Shown one piece after another: positions 26,153 through 32,000 of a DNA stretch of 32,000 bases. This stretch comes from Cylindrospermopsis raciborskii Cr2010 (GTDB lineage: Bacteria > Cyanobacteriota > Cyanobacteriia > Cyanobacteriales > Nostocaceae). Position 1 is the stretch's first letter, and every line of letters begins with the position of its first letter. Under the pieces are notes generated by a model. The model was given only the letters and a program-made list of their open reading frames with translations, was not told the DNA's origin and searched no databases. Position numbers and translations under genes: made by a program. The stretch is from positions 3,720,001 to 3,752,000 of the forward strand of contig NZ_CP065936.1 of assembly GCF_003367075.2 (NCBI RefSeq), given 5' to 3'.

Positions 26153-28039
26153 TTAAGGTGTTTTTTCCGCCATTAATAACTGACGAATTAATCTGGCCAT
26201 AGCTTTTTGGGTAAAGCGACCAGCAATTTGCTGACCTAAATGATGGACTTTGGGATTCACCAAAATCTCCATTAATTGGGGAGCAAGTTTGCTAGGATCA
26301 AAACCTCTGGTTTGTTGTAAAATGCCTACAATTCGCTGAATATGTTCTAGTGTCTGTTGTTGTTCAACTGTTGCACCAGCTACTTCATTAACTGCTGTCC
26401 AACCGAATTTTTGTCTAAGTAAAGAGGTGAAGTTATGGAGAACATTTTTACCCACTGCATCTAGTCCATTGACAACCTCATCCACCAATTTATCGCGAAT
26501 AAATCCACCACGCTGGGAAGATAAAAATTCCACAGTTTGATTCATGACTAAATTCAAGTCATAGTCCTGATTATTACGGGCATTTTTTAACAAGTTCTCT
26601 AAACGATTCCAGCGAAATTTGCCATCTTTAAATAGTAGATCTTGTAGGGATGCTCGCAATTCTTCCGATGGGTCAGTTAATAGTCTTTTGGAAACATAGG
26701 GATAAGCTTCACTCAGAACTTTGAAGTTTGGATCAATATAAATGGCAATCCCTTCTAAAGTAACTAAGGAACGAATAATCAAAGCATAATAAGGAGGTAC
26801 TCTAAAAGGATACTCATACATTAACTGTGATAAATCATCCGTGATACTTTTAATATTTAGTTCAGCTACGCTTGCACCCTGAGCATTAGCAAAAACTCTG
26901 GCAAATGCAGGAACTATAGGTGTTAAATCCGTATCTGGAGTGAGAAACTCCAGTTTAACATAGTCTTTTGCTAAAGAGTCAAAGTCCCGATTAACAACAT
27001 GAACGATGGCCTCAATTAAACCATAACGCTGGGGTGGTTTAACCTCACTCATCATCCCAAAGTCTAAATAGGCTAGCTTACCATCAAAGGTGGCTAATAA
27101 GTTACCAGGGTGAGGATCTGCATGAAAAAATCCATGTTCTAGTAATTGTCTGAGGGAACACTGTACTCCTATTTCTATTAGATAACGCGCATTGATGCCT
27201 AGGGTCTCAATTTCTTGTGGTTGGGTCAGTTTAATCCCATTAATCCACTCCATTGTTAATACACGCCGGTTGGTATATTCCCAGTAGATTTTAGGTACGT
27301 AAATATCTGGGAGGTGTCCATACAATTCAAAAAAGCGTTCAGCATTTTCCCCTTCCCGGATATAGTCCATTTCCTCAAAAATGCGACTACCTAATTCGTC
27401 CAAAATTCCCACCAGGTCACTTCTGACCCGTTTCACATTTTTTTGCACCCAACCAGCTAAAATTCTTAGAATATATAGATCAATGGTGATTCTTTCTCGC
27501 AAATCTGGACGCTGAACTTTGATTGCTACTTCTTCCCCAGTTTTCAGTCTACCTTTATAAACCTGTCCTAGGGAAGCTGCTGCAATCGGGTGGGGTGATA
27601 TTTCACTGTATATATCTTCCGGTAAACCACCTAACTCTTCTTTGATAAATTGGTATGCTATCTCATTGGGAAATGCTGGTAGTTGATCTTGTAATTTAGT
27701 TAGCTCTTCTAAATATATGGGAGGAACTAAATCTGGTCTAGTGGATAGAGCTTGTCCTATTTTAATATATGCAGGCCCAAGTTTTGTTAGCAATTCTCGC
27801 AGTTGAATCGCTATGGGGCGGTGGTTTTCCACAACTATCCCTCGCCTTTTATCCCACCATAAGGCAAAAATTAAGGATAATACAGGTACTATTACTGCTA
27901 ATATTCGCTGTAAAACTTGTCCTAGTTTATCTTGGTAATGTGCTGCAATCTGTTGAGGATCATAGTATAATTGTTCTGGCTCGGCTTCAGCCAGGACTTT
28001 TGGTTGATGGTGTGTTCTTGATCTGGTTGTACTAATCAT
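26153..28039 (-). CDS. ABC1/UbiB-family atypical kinase
   Basis: The ABC1 signature is LGPAYIKIGQALSTRPDLVPPIYLEELTKLQDQLP. Also present are AAASLGQVYKG, the catalytic HADPHPGNL and DFGMM. The protein is 628 aa. Confidence 0.9.
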   Translation of the reverse strand: MISTTRSRTHHQPKVLAEAEPEQLYYDPQQIAAHYQDKLGQVLQRILAVIVPVLSLIFALWWDKRRGIVVENHRPIAIQLRELLTKLGPAYIKIGQALSTRPDLVPPIYLEELTKLQDQLPAFPNEIAYQFIKEELGGLPEDIYSEISPHPIAAASLGQVYKGRLKTGEEVAIKVQRPDLRERITIDLYILRILAGWVQKNVKRVRSDLVGILDELGSRIFEEMDYIREGENAERFFELYGHLPDIYVPKIYWEYTNRRVLTMEWINGIKLTQPQEIETLGINARYLIEIGVQCSLRQLLEHGFFHADPHPGNLLATFDGKLAYLDFGMMSEVKPPQRYGLIEAIVHVVNRDFDSLAKDYVKLEFLTPDTDLTPIVPAFARVFANAQGASVAELNIKSITDDLSQLMYEYPFRVPPYYALIIRSLVTLEGIAIYIDPNFKVLSEAYPYVSKRLLTDPSEELRASLQDLLFKDGKFRWNRLENLLKNARNNQDYDLNLVMNQTVEFLSSQRGGFIRDKLVDEVVNGLDAVGKNVLHNFTSLLRQKFGWTAVNEVAGATVEQQQTLEHIQRIVGILQQTRGFDPSKLAPQLMEILVNPKVHHLGQQIAGRFTQKAMARLIRQLLMAEKTP

Positions 28040-28188
28040 TAAGCTTTTATTAGTGTTCTTGGGTGTTTAATTGTGGACAATTCCCTTTCAGAACTGTCCT
28101 TGGTACCATGTCAACAAGCTATAAAATAAGGTTTGTTAACTATTGTAACGATATGTTGCTCTTTTGTCACATAATTGGTGAGGAGAGT

Positions 28189-30327
28189 TTATAACCGAGG
28201 TAAAAGTTTGGGAATCAGATTGCCAGGAATTTTAGAGAGGGCTAGATTTTGCCCCTGAATACCTAGCTCATGATGGAAAGTGCGAATTATTTTCACAATT
28301 TGGTTAAATGTTTCCTGATAAGGTTGTGTATTTTCTTCTAAACCATTGAGAGTTTTTAAAAAATAATCTAGGGATGTTTGTAAATGGTAGGAAACAATTT
28401 CTTTATCACCTTTAAAATGTGAATCGGTTATGAGTTGATAGTGAGCTAGTGCTAGGTTATTTTGTGTCCCTAAGATATCAAAACTCAAATCTTTCTGATG
28501 GAAAGAATTGGCTATAGTTAAAGTATCTTCGTAGGTCTCAATAGATAATTTTAGTAAATTTTGGCGATTTTCTCCTTTCATATGTGGTAGATTGCTCAAT
28601 TGCCAATAGGCAGTTCCTAAATTGTTACGGGTGACTGCACAACCAATGGGAATATTCTCTGGAGTCCTATATTTTAAGGCTTCTTGGTAAAAATCTATTG
28701 CTAATTGTAAATTCTTTTCTGGTGTTTCATAGTGGGATAAGTTCCAATAAGCAGTGCCAATATTATTTTGAATCATTCCATACTTAATAGGATCCTTTTC
28801 CGCTTGATAATGACTTAGGGCTGAACTATAAGCGGAAATCGCTTGTTTAAGATTTTTTTCTGGTTCACTATGTTGCGCTAGATGCCAATAAGCAGTACCT
28901 AAATTATTTTGACAGGAAGCATATTTATGAGAATCCATTTCTTCCTTGCGATAATTCAATGTTTCCTTATATGCTTTTATTGCTGCTTGCCAGTTTTCTA
29001 AGGGCTGATAAAATTTTGCCAGGTCACCATAAGCTGTGGCTAAGTTATTTTGCACTCGAGCATAGATCTCTGGCTGACTATCACATTCAATCATCTTTAA
29101 AACTAATTGGTAAAACTCTAAGGACTGTTCTATATATGTTTGTGCCTCCTGGCTGCTTACGGATGTACGATGTAGCATCCAATATAGAGTACCTAAATCA
29201 TTTAAAGTATCTGGCACTAAAGGTGAAGTTTCATCATAACTGAGAGATTCCTGGTAGGCGATAATTGCTACCATTAAATTGTCTAGATTTGCATCTCCCT
29301 GTTCAATGCGCAGGCGATATAAAGTTCCTAGGTTGTGGTAGGCCTGAGCAATTTCTTCTTGGGAGTCTTGCGTGAGGTTAATTGTTAATTTCTCAATTTC
29401 CCATAGTAGTTGTTTAATTTGCCAATTAGTATCTCTATCCTCATCAATGTTTGGGTTCAGTGTTTTAGGAATTAGGGAAATTAACTCCTGATTAATATGT
29501 GAAAAAGATGAAAGTTTAGGAATATTAAGAACAAACGGAACTACTTGATTCTCTCTCTCTGTAGTTTCTTTAGTTTCATTGTCCAAAGATTTTCCATTAT
29601 CTTCATCAGGTTGATAGTTGAAGATGGTTGATTCCTCAACTACAGATGAGTCTAATTTTTCTAATCTGATACTTCTCAATTCAGAAGAATTCTGTGGATA
29701 ATTAGGATTTTCTATACCTCCTGTTGGCTCTCCCTCAAAAATAAATACGCCTGTTCTATATTGCCAAAATTGCGGAGCTGATTGTTGAATCGCATACAAC
29801 CAAGGACGGGTAACCCAAAACAATAAGTTGGAATCTACAATTGAAGTGCTTTGCTTCTTGCTAAAGTATTCTTCGCTCAGTTTTAAATTATGTAAGAATA
29901 ACCTCTGTACTGCTATTGACTGTTTGGTCAACTGCTCTACCCCCACAATTTGAAATGCTGGGATTGGTAAAACCTTACCTGGTGAGTCTTGTGATTTCCC
30001 AACTCTTGGTGGTGGGTAATTCCCTAACCACTGGTTAATTTGAGCTATGGGATTGGGATCATTTAGGTTTAATCTCACGGTTACTAATCGAGGATAAGCT
30101 GGAGTGCTAATTCCTTGTTTTTCTCCAACAGGGTACAGCACCTGTTCTACTGGATAAGCCAAATTAGAATGTAGTTTGCTGGCTACCTGATTCCTAATAT
30201 TTATATTATCACATACTGCAAAAAATATTTGACGTCGTAGGGATACGCTTAATGCTAATCTTAAACGTCTATATACTTGCCGATTTAAAGTAAAAATATC
30301 CGTAGTGGGATTTTCATTCACATTCAT
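28189..30327 (-). CDS. Tetratricopeptide-repeat protein with a ~330-aa non-TPR N-terminal region
   Basis: At least seven TPR-like units are marked by the recurring motif (Q/R)NN(L/I)G(T)AYW..L (YHNLGTLY, LNDLGTLYW, QNNLATAY, QNNLGTAYW, QNNIGTAYW, RNNLGTAYW, QNNLALAHY). No P-loop or other catalytic motif is visible in the N-terminal part. Confidence 0.8.
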   Translation of the reverse strand: MNVNENPTTDIFTLNRQVYRRLRLALSVSLRRQIFFAVCDNINIRNQVASKLHSNLAYPVEQVLYPVGEKQGISTPAYPRLVTVRLNLNDPNPIAQINQWLGNYPPPRVGKSQDSPGKVLPIPAFQIVGVEQLTKQSIAVQRLFLHNLKLSEEYFSKKQSTSIVDSNLLFWVTRPWLYAIQQSAPQFWQYRTGVFIFEGEPTGGIENPNYPQNSSELRSIRLEKLDSSVVEESTIFNYQPDEDNGKSLDNETKETTERENQVVPFVLNIPKLSSFSHINQELISLIPKTLNPNIDEDRDTNWQIKQLLWEIEKLTINLTQDSQEEIAQAYHNLGTLYRLRIEQGDANLDNLMVAIIAYQESLSYDETSPLVPDTLNDLGTLYWMLHRTSVSSQEAQTYIEQSLEFYQLVLKMIECDSQPEIYARVQNNLATAYGDLAKFYQPLENWQAAIKAYKETLNYRKEEMDSHKYASCQNNLGTAYWHLAQHSEPEKNLKQAISAYSSALSHYQAEKDPIKYGMIQNNIGTAYWNLSHYETPEKNLQLAIDFYQEALKYRTPENIPIGCAVTRNNLGTAYWQLSNLPHMKGENRQNLLKLSIETYEDTLTIANSFHQKDLSFDILGTQNNLALAHYQLITDSHFKGDKEIVSYHLQTSLDYFLKTLNGLEENTQPYQETFNQIVKIIRTFHHELGIQGQNLALSKIPGNLIPKLLPRL

Positions 30328-30480
30328 ACTGGCTATAACAGCCTAAATAGTGGTGGTTGAAAAGGTATTTCGCCCAAGAGAGGGAATGATTCATTGGTCT
30401 TTCCCTACCATTAACCTGTTTTTTGATAATTTAGCATAGTAAGCGTACTTATTTATATTTAAAGTCTCTTTAATTCTATC

Positions 30481-30523
30481 AAAGAATAAAAAAATCAGGT
30501 TCCCCCTAAGATGAGAACCTGAT
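30481..30523 (-). terminator. Rho-independent terminator downstream of the 59-aa membrane-protein gene
   Basis: A perfect 9-bp stem (atcaggttc / gaacctgat, 30494-30502 and 30515-30523) encloses a 12-nt loop. On the minus strand it is followed immediately by UUUUUUUAUUCUUU. Confidence 0.7.
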
Positions 30524-30584
30524 GGTCAGGGATATTAAGTTTTATGAATTTTATCAGCTGCTTAGGTTTTAGAAAGATGGTTTT

Positions 30585-30764
30585 CTAACTGGCATTTGAC
30601 ACTGCGAAGGCAATAAAAACTACGCCAACTATTAAAAGTGCTCCGAGTCCGCCTAAAATTACATAATTCAGTTTTTGTTTACCCGTTGGAGGTTCAGCTT
30701 GATAAACCTTGGGCTCCTGGGCAAAATTGTTGAGCCGACCGCCCTCTTCTGTTGTGTATGGCAT
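30585..30764 (-). CDS. 59-aa single-transmembrane protein, Ssl1498/Psb34-like (light-harvesting-like family)
   Basis: This ORF falls below the 60-aa cut-off of the ORF track. My manual translation is MPYTTEEGGRLNNFAQEPKVYQAEPPTGKQKLNYVILGGLGALLIVGVVFIAFAVSNAS. The N-terminal GGRLNNFA.EPK.Y motif plus one C-terminal helix matches my recollection of the Ssl1498 family. A canonical terminator follows the gene. Confidence 0.6.
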   Translation of the reverse strand: MPYTTEEGGRLNNFAQEPKVYQAEPPTGKQKLNYVILGGLGALLIVGVVFIAFAVSNAS

Positions 30765-30916
30765 GAAATGATTCCTTGTTACATTTCTTTATTTCAGGTT
30801 ACATAATTATAATTTTAATGTGACATTTTTCCATAAAACTTTACATGAGGTTACTTTATATTATTGTGGGTAATAGCCCAGCTTATAAGTCTTACTGAGC
30901 TATTTACACCGCTAGG

Positions 30917-31270
30917 TTAGTCGAGAAAACCCATTAATAGTCCAGAATCATCAATTTCATTTGACGCTATGGGACGATTGCCAAAAACCGAGTAGTTCTC
31001 TGAAATTACTAAGGAGCTGGAGCCAACAGGACGAATTCCGGATAGGTTAATACTATTGACAACAGTAAACGTGTTGGCACCAATAGGGCGAATACCTAGT
31101 GCATTGTAAGTTTCCACTACTTGTAAGGTGCTGGTGCTAATAGGACGCAAACCAGCAATGGAGACTGTTCCAGCTATCTGCAATCCACTGCTACCAATGG
31201 GACGTTCCCCAGCTATGACAATTGTTCCTTGACCAGTCTGCTCTGTATTACTTTGTTGATTTTCTTCCAC
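30917..31270 (-). CDS. Hypothetical protein built of five tandem 19-aa repeats with a G-x-R-P-(I/V) core
   Basis: This is a 117-aa ORF. After a polar Gln/Glu/Thr-rich leader come five units: GTIVIAGERPIGSSGLQIA, GTVSIAGLRPISTSTLQVV, ETYNALGIRPIGANTFTVV, NSINLSGIRPVGSSSLVIS and ENYSVFGNRPIASNEIDDS. The protein ends with GLLMGFLD. The strict 19-residue periodicity argues for a real gene. Confidence 0.6.
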   Translation of the reverse strand: MEENQQSNTEQTGQGTIVIAGERPIGSSGLQIAGTVSIAGLRPISTSTLQVVETYNALGIRPIGANTFTVVNSINLSGIRPVGSSSLVISENYSVFGNRPIASNEIDDSGLLMGFLD

Positions 31271-31440
31271 TTTTTTATCTCCCTTAGGATATTAACAGAA
31301 TCCAAGTAGGCGCTTATAAACTAAATTCATCCACTGTGTTAAGTGAATTTTACAATAGTTAAGGAAAAGTATTTTTTTCCTCATATACTAAAGTTTACCC
31401 CGAAACAGCTACAATATAATTATCTTGTTCCGCTCAGATT

Positions 31441-32000
31441 ATGGCCCAATTTACTCTCCAAGCTCCTTTTTCCCCCACCGGAGATCAACCCCAGGCGATC
31501 GCTCAAATGATTAAGAACATTGAAGGGAAACAGCGGTATCAAACTCTACTGGGTGCGACGGGAACGGGCAAGACCTTTTCTATTGCAGCAGTGATAGAGA
31601 AGGTGGGCAAACCCACCCTGGTGCTGGCCCATAATAAGACCCTGGCGGCCCAGTTGTGTAATGAGCTGAGGGAGTTTTTTCCCCATAACGCGGTGGAGTA
31701 TTTTGTCAGTTATTACGACTATTATCAACCAGAAGCCTATATTCCCGTTACCGATACATATATAGAAAAAACATCAGCTATTAATAGTGAAATAGATATG
31801 CTGAGACATTCTGCGACACGATCTTTGTTTGAGAGGGAAGACGTGATAGTTGTAGCATCTATTAGTTGTATATATGGTTTAGGTATGCCTGCTGAATATT
31901 TAAAAGCAGCAATAACTTTAGAAATAGGAATGGAGATAGATCCCAGAGAGGTAATAAGGAAACTAATCTCCGTGCAGTATAGTCGTAACGACATAGAAAT
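31441..32000 (+). CDS. uvrB: Excinuclease ABC subunit B (5' portion; continues beyond the window)
   Basis: My manual translation from the ATG at 31441 is [102 protein letters not shown]... This is the canonical UvrB N-terminus with its Walker A motif. It is absent from the ORF track because there is no stop codon in the window. Confidence 0.95.
   Translation, partial: MAQFTLQAPFSPTGDQPQAIAQMIKNIEGKQRYQTLLGATGTGKTFSIAAVIEKVGKPTLVLAHNKTLAAQLCNELREFFPHNAVEYFVSYYDYYQPEAYIPVTDTYIEKTSAINSEIDMLRHSATRSLFEREDVIVVASISCIYGLGMPAEYLKAAITLEIGMEIDPREVIRKLISVQYSRNDIE

Noticed and set aside
31546-31994. Two minus-strand ORFs of 60 and 85 aa at the right edge of the window.
   Set aside because: The plus strand here encodes an unmistakable UvrB N-terminus starting at 31441. 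The minus-strand ORFs are shadows of it.
1-32000. A by-eye search for CRISPR arrays, transposase or integrase genes, prophage modules, tRNA/rRNA genes and toxin-antitoxin pairs.
   Set aside because: I saw no regularly spaced direct repeats, no recombinase-like ORFs and no tRNA-like T-arm (GGTTCGAATCC-type) motifs. Apart from the features listed, the window looks like a stable core-genome segment. tRNAscan-SE or an Rfam scan would be the definitive check.

Overview
The window looks like a chromosomal core region of a filamentous (Nostocales-like) cyanobacterium. It is AT-rich, and I counted at least 17 copies of the cyanobacterial HIP1 octamer GCGATCGC by eye. It holds about 28 protein-coding genes on both strands, most of them recognisable housekeeping or photosynthesis genes: chlB, crcB, htpX, a CpcL-type phycobilisome linker, queF, glyS, murD, ilvA, a PrxQ/BCP peroxiredoxin, PPK2, an ABC1 kinase and the 5' part of uvrB. 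Three items are missing from the ORF track. One is a signal-recognition-particle RNA (ffs) on the minus strand at about 14662-14768. The second is a 59-aa single-helix membrane protein at 30585-30764, which resembles the Ssl1498/Psb34 family. The third is the truncated uvrB at the right edge. I saw no CRISPR array, transposase, integrase, tRNA or rRNA. The best candidates for undescribed biology are: (i) two divergent tandem paralogous ORFs with no recognisable domains, packed against a TIM-barrel enzyme directly upstream of glyS (15263-17583); (ii) a 117-aa protein made of five exact-length 19-aa repeats with a G-x-R-P-[IV] core (30917-31270); (iii) an RCK-pore-RCK channel with a non-canonical selectivity filter; (iv) a truncated, N-terminally extended pyruvate-kinase homologue divergently paired with a histidine phosphatase. 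All functional calls come from reading motifs in the supplied translations. No database search was run.
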